From: Synechococcus sp.
Lineage (GTDB): Bacteria > Cyanobacteriota > Cyanobacteriia > Thermostichales > PCC-7336
Direction of reading: 5' to 3'
DNA length: 16,945 bases
Assembly: GCA_051439605.1 (NCBI GenBank)
Contig: JBFRWN010000005.1
Location: 1-16,945, forward strand
Both the position numbers and the translations under genes were made by a program. Positions within the stretch are counted from its first letter, which is position 1. Each line of letters begins with the position of its first letter. Shown piece by piece: positions 8,319 to 16,774 of this stretch. The notes beneath the pieces are model-generated. The model saw only the letters and a list, made by a program, of their open reading frames with translations. It was not told where the DNA came from and searched no databases.

Positions 8319-9916
8319 GTAACCGTCCCAGAAGTTGATTAAGCTGCCAATAGTTTTTCATCTCGAGATAATGGGATGAGTAAATTCAAAGATTCAGGAA
8401 TCAAAGATGGAGTCGGTTGCTGCAATCGGGCAGCTCGGCAAGCATGCGTCAGAAAATCAAGAACGTTTCTATTTTGTGCTTTCAACGAGGCCGTCACAGT
8501 CAGCATGCGAGCCACAAACTGACTGCCCGCTTGAGATTGAGAGCCAAAACTGGTGCGACGCCAAATCACTGCCGGTCGCAAAGCTCGCTCCGCTGCATTA
8601 TTGGTCGGTTCTATCCCCGGATGGTAGACAAAGGTCCACAAGGCCGGTTCGACCTTCAATAACTTTCGGCAAGTTCGGACGGTCTTCGCCAGCGGTGTTT
8701 TTTCACCTTTAGCAATGGGCAATGCTGCGGCTTCTTCTAGCTCAGCTTTAAAGCCAGCCCGCAGGTGATTCACGCAGTCAATAAAAGTGGGGTGAGATAG
8801 AGTTCCATCGCGCACCCGATGCCACCACTGAAATAAGCGACGCTCCCGACGCAGCAACGATTCTCCAATCTCTTGAGACGCTCCGCTGCGTTCAGCGAAC
8901 GCTTGCAGGTCTCGTTTGAGGTGAGCCCAGCACAGTTGCCATTGGTCCAGCTCAATCCAGCCGTAAGCACTGTAGCGGTCCGAGATGACAATGCCCGCAA
9001 ACGTTTCGCCAATCAGGGCCTTGGCTGTAGCTTGAGAGCGGCTCAACACCACTTCAAAAAAGCTCACCATCGGCGTCACCAATACCCACAACCAGCCTTT
9101 AGTGCCCTTCGGATTGAGCCCGTCTCGATTGCCTTGGGGGAAGCCCGTTTCATCGCAATTCAGCATCGCTTGCACCTGCACGTAGCTCTTAGCTGCTGTC
9201 ACTGCCTCACTCACTGCTGCACTCATTTCCTGCCGCAGCCGACCTACCCCACCCCGAGAGACTTGGACTCCAAACAATTCCTGCATTAGATGACAGACTT
9301 GTCGATGACTCTGACGGTAGGTCCCACTCAATAACGCCACTACAGCCGTTAAGCGCTCCCCATACCCAAATGGCGACACTCCGGCTGGCAAGCTGGCTTG
9401 GGTGACACAACTGCAATGCTCGCAGCTCAATTGATGCAGACGATACTCCGTTACTCTCGGCACAATTGGCGGTAACTCTATCACTTGATGCCGATGGGGA
9501 TGGCGATCTCGTCCACTCAGCTGCGCTCCACACCCACTACAGACTTCTGGCACCACTTCATGGACTGCGTCGCAACATTCGAATGGCAACAGCTTACGGG
9601 CTTGGCGGGATTGCTTCGAGGGGGGTCCCTTTTTCCTCTGCTTCTGCTGGTTTTTCCCTTTCGTTTGCTTGCCAAATCCATCACTGGAAGGGGGCTTCGA
9701 TGAATTCTGGGAATTTTGATTCAGCTTCTCTTCCAACTGCGATAGACGTTCACTCAACACCAGCACCAATGCTTGCACGCTTGGGGGAGTTGCATCCCAA
9801 TCAGCTTTCGGTATTTTGATGCCGGCAATTTTTATCTCTTCGCTCATGGGTTCAACCTAGCTGAACAGAGACGTAAAAATACCTAATTCTTACTTAAAAC
9901 TTTGAGGGACGCTTAC
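8319..9916 (-). mobile_element. IS66-family element, single-ORF (ISBst12-group-like), 1598 bp
   Basis: IRs GTAACCGTCCCAGAAGTT / GTAAGCGTCCCTCAAAGTT; perfect 8-bp TSD CTTTTTCC at 8311-8318 and 9917-9924. Confidence 0.95.
8339..9847 (-). CDS. IS66 family transposase (TnpC-like)
   Basis: NSQNSSKPPSSD, Zn-finger CSGC/CEHC, DETG, SDRYSAY, QLCWAHLKRD, PTNNAAERALRPAV motifs; intact 502 aa. Confidence 0.96.
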   Translation of the reverse strand: MSEEIKIAGIKIPKADWDATPPSVQALVLVLSERLSQLEEKLNQNSQNSSKPPSSDGFGKQTKGKNQQKQRKKGPPSKQSRQARKLLPFECCDAVHEVVPEVCSGCGAQLSGRDRHPHRHQVIELPPIVPRVTEYRLHQLSCEHCSCVTQASLPAGVSPFGYGERLTAVVALLSGTYRQSHRQVCHLMQELFGVQVSRGGVGRLRQEMSAAVSEAVTAAKSYVQVQAMLNCDETGFPQGNRDGLNPKGTKGWLWVLVTPMVSFFEVVLSRSQATAKALIGETFAGIVISDRYSAYGWIELDQWQLCWAHLKRDLQAFAERSGASQEIGESLLRRERRLFQWWHRVRDGTLSHPTFIDCVNHLRAGFKAELEEAAALPIAKGEKTPLAKTVRTCRKLLKVEPALWTFVYHPGIEPTNNAAERALRPAVIWRRTSFGSQSQAGSQFVARMLTVTASLKAQNRNVLDFLTHACRAARLQQPTPSLIPESLNLLIPLSRDEKLLAA

Positions 9917-10003
9917 CTTTTTCCTTGGTCAGGTGGTTCTTTAGTTTTCTGATAGAAGGGCAGTTTTATGATTTTCCAAAACTTTACAAGTATGGCTCAT
10001 TTA

Positions 10004-10152
10004 GAAAGTGTCAGAACTGAGATCTCATTGTCAATAAGCCTAGAACAATTGAAAATAGAGCCAATAGTTTGACGAGAAAACAAGGGTTTCAGCTCCCTTG
10101 GCTAATAAGATTCTCAATTAAAAAAGTACGAGATCCCAGTTCTGACACTTTC
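10004..10152. mobile_element. MITE, 149 bp, 23-bp terminal inverted repeats
   Basis: GAAAGTGTCAGAACTGAGATCTC (10004-10026) vs reverse complement of 10130-10152, 22/23 identical; flanks CTCATTTA / CTCTTGTA (6/8, possible decayed TSD). Confidence 0.8.
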
Positions 10153-10940
10153 CTCTTGTAGAGCCTCGTCTCACAAACCAAATCGGTAGCTGGTTAAATC
10201 CAATGAAATTGTGAAACTGCAAGATCCAGGGTACATAAATCATTATATACAGAATCAGCCATGAATATGCTGCTTAAGACTTTACGTAAGAAGATAACAA
10301 CAACTTTGTACCAAATTTATAAGAAATAAGACTCAATTTATAGTTTCAATGTATATTAAAATTCCTTACGTGTAGTTATTTTGCAATCAATGTACGCTAG
10401 TTGATTGCAGCACGTTCATGATACAACCATGGAGACCCTAAGTTCAGTTGAAAATCAATCCTACTGAGCCTGAATATATGTAGCTATTGCTACTAATTTT
10501 AGCTCTTGTAATGGCTTCTTGCCATCTCTAGTAGCCGCCAAGATGTATCAAGTTAGGATTAGAAGCCTTGATATGGATATGACAACGGGGCTATCTCCCC
10601 CAAATTAGACCGCAATTAAGAGTTTCGTTTTGGATAGGAAACTTTCTTCTTTGGAGTAAACAGTCTGTAAATACTATCGACCTCTAGATAGTAAACCTCC
10701 TCCATAAAGATTATGGTGGGACACTGAAGAGTTTTGATTAGACTCTCTTTCTCTGTGCAGCATAGATATCTCTGTCTAAAGCACAGAAACTAGAAACATT
10801 TTGAAACTTTTTTAATTGGAACATCAAATCTATTTTGAAAGACACCTATTACAAATATTATGAAATTCTGATGATCGGTTGCTCGTCTAAGCATGACCTT
10901 ATCTTGTTTCCGAACAAGCAAAAACTAAGTTGACTTTCGT

Positions 10941-11450
10941 ATGGGTAAGGAGACTTCTCTCGTGAAAAGCTTAAGTGTCAATGCAGAAGAAAATGCCTCT
11001 AAACTAAAGCGGCAGCATTATCCTAAATCGCCAACAGATAAAAAAATATTTCACCTGTCTTTGTCAACCTTAAATATAGATGATACTCGCGAGTTCTACG
11101 AGTCGAATTTTGGCTGCAAGGTCAGGCGGATAACCAAAAGCAAGAAAGGAATGCATATCGACTTCTTTGGCCATCAGTTGACTTTTGTTGAAGTACCTCC
11201 TTCAAAACATCGACAAATTAGCGAGACAAACGAACACGGATCTCCTTTAGTTCATTTTGGAGTGGCTCTGCCCTACTATCAATGGTTCGCAATTAAAGAA
11301 CGTTTGATCGGAAATCAGGTTGATTTCTGTGTCCAGCCTCACTTGAAATTCAAGGGTGAACCCCACGAGCACTATGTTATGTTCGCTAAAGATCCGTCCG
11401 GTAATGCTCTTGAAATCAAGAGTTTCACCAATACCAGCGATTGGCTGTAG
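10941..11450 (+). CDS. VOC/glyoxalase (extradiol dioxygenase-like) family protein
   Basis: FHLSL..REFYE..FGC, IDFFGHQL, HFGVAL, MFAKDPSGNALEIK motifs; start uncertain. Confidence 0.88.
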   Translation: MGKETSLVKSLSVNAEENASKLKRQHYPKSPTDKKIFHLSLSTLNIDDTREFYESNFGCKVRRITKSKKGMHIDFFGHQLTFVEVPPSKHRQISETNEHGSPLVHFGVALPYYQWFAIKERLIGNQVDFCVQPHLKFKGEPHEHYVMFAKDPSGNALEIKSFTNTSDWL

Positions 11451-11464
11451 GCGAGCGCAATCTG

Positions 11465-12010
11465 TTAAGTGGACTTCTGGCAAAGAAATGTATTCCTCTT
11501 GAAATAGCTCAGCAGCTGGGGCCATGACTCAAATCCCTGAAACTGGCATTGAAAGGGCTTAGTCATTGTGCGATTTGAATAACTGATGAATACCAGGCTT
11601 TGTTGTCGTAGGTCATTGGTCGATCTGAAATTCCCGCAGCGGGTTAAACGTTGCAAAATACTGAACCAAAACTCAATTTGATTGAGCCGGTATGTGTGTT
11701 TGGGAATCATCGACTAGACAGTTCCAACCGTCGTGTTGGACCGTTTCGATGGTATAGGTCCGGTCATTGGAAAAGTCAGGCTCCTTGCGAGTGGCTCCCA
11801 ACGAGGGAGCCACTACCTAAACCAGCGCACCTACCAAATGGCGATCAAGATGAGGGTGCCGTAGCACTCGTACTCTTACTCCGTCCGTTGCAGTTGCGGC
11901 ACTCTCATCGCTTGGTCTGGATGGAGTCACTCGAGCACTTGAATGCTTGCCATCTCGTAGAAATAGGTACGGACAAAATTGGATCGACACTTGAGAACTG
12001 ATTGATTATC
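11465..12010 (-). pseudogene. Degraded IS630-family transposase
   Basis: Pieces EMASIQVLE*LHP..EYECYGTLILIA and PKHTYRLNQIEFWFSIL..GNFRSTNDL..NRTMTKPF with stops, frameshifts and an internal deletion; boundaries approximate. Confidence 0.8.
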
Positions 12011-12024
12011 TTCAGGACCGTGCA

Positions 12025-12867
12025 TTAGGAGGCAGAAAAAGCTTGCCAAGCTTTGAAGAAAGTAAACGCCGAGAGGAGCAACATCAATCCGCGAAAGATG
12101 AGGCTCACTACGCGATTGGATAGTTTTGGCAAGAACCGCACTCCCAATTGTGCCCCCAGCAATCCTCCCAATCCCACAGCAATTCCGGCAGACCAAATCA
12201 CATTGCCGCGAAATGCGTGACCGGTGGTATTGAATAGGGACGTGAGGACAATAGCCCCCAAACTTGTTTGGATAGCGACTTTGATCGGCTCGTTCAGGAG
12301 CAGAATTTGTAAGGGAACCATAATCACTCCTCCCCCGACGCCGAACAGTCCCGCCATCAGCCCTGCGGTTCCACCAGTTGCAAGTCGGGCGATCGCCGGG
12401 AAGCGATTGTCAGTGGATAATGTTTCCGATGGGGCTTGGTTAACCCATTCATGAGTAGCTTTGGAGATCGCCTGTTTTTTCAGGGAGATCAAGTAGACGT
12501 TGAGCAATAGCAACAGTGCGAAGCCTGTTAGAAGCAAGTATTCAGGAATCACATCGCTGGCGAGAAAAACCCCCAGTTGACCGGCAATGGCCGCCAGAAT
12601 CCCCAACGGCATCACTTTTGCGATTGCGAGATTTCCCGTCCTCCAATTGCGCAGGCTGCCCGAGGTGGCAGTCAGAAAAATCGCAAGATTGCTGGTGGCA
12701 GTGGCGAAAAGCCCTGGTAAGCCTGTTGCCACCAACATTGGCACAACCAACGTGCCCCCTCCAATGCCGAGTAACCCCGCAACCATCCCAGCTACGATAC
12801 CACCGGCGATCCAAATTAAGATTGTCCCAATTTCCACAGCAACCACTCCACACAATGCCCATTTCAA
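12025..12867 (-). CDS. Sulfite exporter TauE/SafE family membrane protein
   Basis: Two repeats AGLLGIGGGTLVVP / AGLFGVGGGVIMVP, ATATS / AIQTSL, many TM segments; true start may be GTG ~12837. Confidence 0.92.
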   Translation of the reverse strand: MKWALCGVVAVEIGTILIWIAGGIVAGMVAGLLGIGGGTLVVPMLVATGLPGLFATATSNLAIFLTATSGSLRNWRTGNLAIAKVMPLGILAAIAGQLGVFLASDVIPEYLLLTGFALLLLLNVYLISLKKQAISKATHEWVNQAPSETLSTDNRFPAIARLATGGTAGLMAGLFGVGGGVIMVPLQILLLNEPIKVAIQTSLGAIVLTSLFNTTGHAFRGNVIWSAGIAVGLGGLLGAQLGVRFLPKLSNRVVSLIFRGLMLLLSAFTFFKAWQAFSAS

Positions 12868-13402
12868 AGGAAGCTAACAACTGCCAAACTTGCTGGCAAG
12901 ATTGAACTCTCATAGGATAAAAGCTTCAATACGAGTCAGACAAGAATTAGAATATTTGAAGATGAGAGGTTATCCTCCTGACCGACGAAGCAAAAAAGTA
13001 CTAGAGAAGACGTTTAATCAGAAACAGAAGAGAATGCATTTCCAATTCTGTCTATATTGAGAATGAATCATGGGATTCGTGTCAATCAATAGCCCTCAAG
13101 TTGGAGGGCGGGATCAGCCCAACCAAACTGATAATATCTTTTCTAAGAGAGCGACGAGTTTCTCCATTTAAGAACTAACAGAGAATATTTCCCTGCTTCT
13201 TACTGCAACACTTCTCCTCAACCAAACTTTACCCCGCAAATAAATTAACCCCTCCCACTTAGGTATAGAAGTTTTGAGATATCACTATAATCTTGCAGTA
13301 TAGTCTAGAGGGTTTTATTCTACATGATGGCAGCAAAATATTATTGAGAAAAGCTTAATCTTCGTAAAAGATCGGTGGATATACATAGGCAGAGATGTCT
13401 AC

Positions 13403-13418
13403 TGTAATACTAAATACA
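13403..13418. promoter_or_regulatory. Candidate NtcA binding site
   Basis: TGTA-ATACTAAA-TACA matches GTA-N8-TAC with the extended T/A, ~210 bp upstream of the gabD-like gene; hexamer 22 nt downstream (TATTTC) is not a perfect TAN3T. Confidence 0.5.
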
Positions 13419-13627
13419 AAATACTCGTTGGATTGTTGCTATTTCTCATTTTGAGATGTTTTTGCCGTCTCCAAGAAGATTCAATTTACTTGATACAATG
13501 CTTAGCTTTGGAGGCCTAAGGTCAGTTGTTTTTTGTACTAAGGAACGTTAATGATTGAAGTCTACTAGAGTACGCAACCCTCTGAATAAATAGCTCTGGC
13601 ACATGCCATTGGATAAAGGAGATTTCT

Positions 13628-15133
13628 ATGGAAACAGTGAAGGAAGTGAATCGAGTTGAGGCGGTTGCCATTGCTCAGCCCCAACTCCTGGAACGAAAGC
13701 TCTACGTTGACGGTCAGTGGTTGGATGCGGAAGGAGGACGCACTTTTGAGGTCCGCAATCCCGCGACAGGAGAGCCGATTGCCGCTGTCGCAGATGCTGG
13801 AGGGGCTGAAACACAACAGGCGATCGCCGCTGCCCGCAATGCCTTCACAGCATGGGCTGCGACACCAGCCAAAGAAAGGGGCGAGCAGCTCAAAGCCGTT
13901 CAGAGCATCTTGCAAGAGCGTGTGGATGACATTGCCCAGTTAATGGTGCTCGAGAATGGCAAACCCCTGGCAGAAGCAAAAGGGGAGGTGGGGTTCTCGC
14001 TTGGGTATTTCAGCTGGTTTGCAGAGGAAGCTCGTCGGGCTTACGGCAAACTCGTCCCCTCTCCATTTGCCAACAAGCGGTTGTGGGTGCAATCTCAACC
14101 GTTAGGTGTGGTGGGAGCCATTACCCCCTGGAACTTCCCGGCAGCGATGGTGGTGCGCAAGATTGCACCGGCTCTTGCTGCGGGCTGCACGGTCGTGCTC
14201 AAACCAGCAGAGGATACCCCCCTGACCGCGCTAGCGATTGCGCGAGCCTGTCACGATGCAGGACTGCCACCAGGAGTTTTTAATGTTGTGACCGGAGCGA
14301 ATCCCCGTCCGATCTCGGCTGAAATGCTTGATAATCCCGCAGTCAAGAAAATTGGCTTTACGGGTTCCACCGAAGTCGGCAAAGTCCTCATGGAGCTAGC
14401 GGCTAAATCGATCAAGCGCGTCTCCTTCGAGCTGGGTGGAAATGCACCCTTCATTGTGTTTGAGGATGCCGATCTCGACGCTGCTGTGGCAGGTGCGATC
14501 GCCATCAAGTTCCTGCGAGTGGGTGGACAATCTTGTATTTGTGCCAATCGGATTTACGTACAAGAGAGCATCGCCGAGCGCTTCATAACTGCTTTCATCG
14601 AGAAAGCTAAAGACCTCAAGCTCGGGCCAGGATTTGGGCCGGGGATACAAGTGGGTCCCCTGATTAACGAGCGGGCGCGGCAAAAAGTGAACGCTTTGGT
14701 GGAAGACGCTGTGTCGCGGGGGGCAAAGGTCGCTCTGGGCGCTCGTGCTGTAAACGATGGCATTTTGGCCGGAGGCTCTTTCTATGCCCCTACCGTCCTG
14801 CTCAATGTCGAAGATAGTTGGCCGATTTGCCAGGAAGAGATTTTCGGCCCTGTAGCACCCATCATGACGTTTAAGTCGGAAATGGAAGCAATCTCCCGGG
14901 CAAACGATACAACCTACGGTCTGGCTGGCTACCTGTACACGCGTGACTTGGGGCGAGTCATTCGCGTGTCAGAAGCCCTCGAATACGGATTAATAGGGGT
15001 GAACGATGCGGCGGGATACACACACGAAATTCCCTTCGGCGGGTTTAAGGAATCTGGTTTAGGTCGCGAAGGAGGCAAAGAAGGGTTGGAGGCATATATG
15101 GAAACTAAATCCGTTGTCGTAAATCTCTCATAG
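13628..15133 (+). CDS. gabD: NAD(P)-dependent succinate-semialdehyde dehydrogenase-like aldehyde dehydrogenase
   Basis: ITPWNFP, KPAEDTP, FTGSTEVGK, ELGGNAPFIVF, GQSCICANR, EEIFGP, PFGGFKESGLGREG; RBS AAGGAG; exact substrate not determinable. Confidence 0.85.
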   Translation: METVKEVNRVEAVAIAQPQLLERKLYVDGQWLDAEGGRTFEVRNPATGEPIAAVADAGGAETQQAIAAARNAFTAWAATPAKERGEQLKAVQSILQERVDDIAQLMVLENGKPLAEAKGEVGFSLGYFSWFAEEARRAYGKLVPSPFANKRLWVQSQPLGVVGAITPWNFPAAMVVRKIAPALAAGCTVVLKPAEDTPLTALAIARACHDAGLPPGVFNVVTGANPRPISAEMLDNPAVKKIGFTGSTEVGKVLMELAAKSIKRVSFELGGNAPFIVFEDADLDAAVAGAIAIKFLRVGGQSCICANRIYVQESIAERFITAFIEKAKDLKLGPGFGPGIQVGPLINERARQKVNALVEDAVSRGAKVALGARAVNDGILAGGSFYAPTVLLNVEDSWPICQEEIFGPVAPIMTFKSEMEAISRANDTTYGLAGYLYTRDLGRVIRVSEALEYGLIGVNDAAGYTHEIPFGGFKESGLGREGGKEGLEAYMETKSVVVNLS

Positions 15134-15138
15134 GTAGC

Positions 15139-15182
15139 TGAGGAGGATTGCAATTTTTCCGAATAGTTTGCAATCCTCCTCA
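15139..15182 (+). terminator. Strong hairpin after gabD-like gene
   Basis: Perfect 15-bp IR TGAGGAGGATTGCAA / TTGCAATCCTCCTCA, 14-nt loop, 5 bp after the stop; no U-tract. Confidence 0.65.
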
Positions 15183-15385
15183 CCATCCCTGTTATGTCCC
15201 GCACAACCATTTAGGTTCTCGCTTGTCCCAGGTACGTTCCAAGTTTTTTAAAGTGATATAGTAATCCCACGTATACGTATGGGTGCTTTAACGAGCATAA
15301 GTATATTTTTTCTTGTTAAGTGTTTGCCATGGGCAATTTCAATACGAATGGCCTGCAGTGGAATTGCGGATTGCCACTTTGGAAA

Positions 15386-15715
15386 ATGCCCTCCTTTGAG
15401 ATCGGTACGGTTGAACTCTTGCAGCGATATGCATCTGGGTCGAGAGATTTTACCGGAGTTAAATTAAGCACTGTCTATCTCAGTCAGGCTAGTTTGGTCG
15501 GTATCAACCTGTACGAAGCCGATTTCTTTGAAGTTGCTGCGATTGAAGCGGATTTAAGTCGAGCGAACCTGAGCGGCGCAAACTTGAGCCGTGCTAATCT
15601 TCGGCGTGTCAAGTTGATTGCTCGAGATGGGACTATTGAAAAATTATTTTATCCGGTATTTCCACCAAGTAATAACGCTGATGAGGTACTTATATGGTTG
15701 CAATCATATGCATAA
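15386..15715 (+). CDS. Chimeric ORF: pentapeptide-repeat N-terminus fused to a peroxiredoxin-like C-terminal tail
   Basis: ELLQRYASGSRDF...ADLSRANLSGANLSRANL, then RRVKLIARDGTIEKLFYPVFPPSNNADEVLIWL; stop lies in attC R''. Confidence 0.7.
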   Translation: MPSFEIGTVELLQRYASGSRDFTGVKLSTVYLSQASLVGINLYEADFFEVAAIEADLSRANLSGANLSRANLRRVKLIARDGTIEKLFYPVFPPSNNADEVLIWLQSYA

Positions 15716-15782
15716 CAAGCGCATGGAGGCGGATCAGCAAAGCGCCTAGCGGTTTGCTGACCGCTGATGCGAAGCATTAGGC
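15710..15782 (+). other. attC site (R' ATT variant)
   Basis: R'' GCATAAC, CGCATGGAGGCGG-ATCAGCAAA / TTTGCTGA-CCGCTGATGCG, R' ATTAGGC; 73 bp. Confidence 0.9.
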
Positions 15783-15826
15783 GTTTTTGAATAACCAGCG
15801 TAATATCAGACAGAATTGATATTGAT

Positions 15827-16489
15827 ATGGATGAAGATGCACTGTTTAAAGTACTAAATCGACAAACTAAAGCAACTTTGCTTGATTTTTTACACTCGGC
15901 ATATTACGTAAAGAATACTCAACAAAGACGTCATATATTTGGCGACCTGATGAAGGAGTCTAAGCCATCAAAAGCTGTAGCGAATGATATTATAAAAGAA
16001 TAAAAAACTTCTATAAAAACTCATTGCTGGTTTATACTATGCGCCTTTTGATATTAATTCTAAGAACTTTTCTCATATTCCTGAAGAAACAGAGGAATGG
16101 TTTGAGAAGCTCGGAAATCTTTTACAAGAGAGCACTCAACTAACAAACCGGAAAGAACATAAATCTGCAGTAGAATCTTTCAAGATTCTCTATGAGCTGA
16201 TAGCAAAAATGGAATATGTTGAAGAAATTATCTTTGCTGATGAATATGGGAGTTGGATGATTCCTGGTAATGAACAGGAATTCCTTGATGCTTATATTTC
16301 GTCATTGTCTGAGATTAAAACACCAGATGAATATACAAAAATAGTGATACCTTTGATAAAAAGAGATAGCTATTCATCATTTTCAATAAAGTCCATTCAC
16401 TAGCAATAGAGCATAGTAATAAGGAGCAAGAAAAATCTTTAATGGAGGCAATCAAAGAACAAAACATTAAGATTAAATCAAGTCGATAG
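15827..16489 (+). pseudogene. AT-rich hypothetical cassette gene with multiple frameshifts
   Basis: MDEDALFKVLNRQTK...DIIKE* then YYAPFDINSKNFSHIPEETEEWF...FADEYGSWMIPG...RDSYSSFS and a shifted tail ...EQNIKIKSSR*; fills the space between two attC sites. Confidence 0.8.
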
Positions 16490-16498
16490 CTCAAAGAC

Positions 16499-16590
16499 GC
16501 CTAACAAGCGCTTGCACACGGAACGGCAGTATATACTATATTTTGTGTCGCAGGCTCCATTTTTGTCCGGTGAAGCGCAGTCCGTTATGC
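16499..16590 (+). other. attC site (canonical)
   Basis: R'' GCCTAAC, GCGCTT(G)CAC(A)CGGA pairs with TCCGGTGAAGCGC with two extrahelical bases, R' GTTATGC; 92 bp. Confidence 0.93.
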
Positions 16591-16686
16591 AGCATAAGCT
16601 GCTTATGGGACAGAAGCTTGAAGATGATTGGCGATTCTAAAACGAATTGAGTTAGTCTAATCAAGTTCATCGTTTAGGCTCTTTAT

Positions 16687-16774
16687 ATGCTTAGAGAAAT
16701 TGATAGAGATATTTGGGTTGCCGAACAGCCATTACGATATTTTGGCCTCAATGTTGGGACAAGAATGACTATAA
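16687..16774 (+). pseudogene. DUF4336-like protein N-terminus, interrupted by IS
   Basis: MLREIDRDIWVAEQPLRYFGLNVGTRMTI, resembling the DUF4336 start, ends at the IS terminus. Confidence 0.7.

Larger units (their letters stand above)
7320..10020 (+). pseudogene. IS630 transposase, interrupted (7320-8318 joined to 9925-10020)
   Basis: HTH region plus DDE motifs IDECH, IWDGASYH, APEQNPVEDIW; frame resumes after IS66 as LVRWFFSFLIEGQFYDFPKLYKYG. Confidence 0.9.
7258..10192 (+). mobile_element. IS630-family element disrupted by IS66 and a MITE
   Basis: TA + TAGCGATCCTATGTCATTCGT left end; transposase follows; right end only tentatively placed at ~10171-10192 (degenerate). Confidence 0.7.
15600..16774 (+). 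mobile_element. Integron gene-cassette array, block 2
   Basis: attC sites at 15710 and 16499 bracket an AT-rich ORF; same orientation as block 1. Confidence 0.88.

Noticed and set aside
10480..10493. Second GTA-N8-TAC (NtcA-like) match
   Set aside because: No properly spaced -10 box and ~450 bp from the next gene; expected by chance in AT-rich DNA.
2830..10574. Shared 13-mer GAAGCCTTGATAT at 2830 and 10562
   Set aside because: No extended homology; cannot be distinguished from chance.
715..15467. Numerous 60-170 aa antisense or overlapping ORFs in the track
   Set aside because: Shadow frames of well-supported genes or IS elements, with no motifs.
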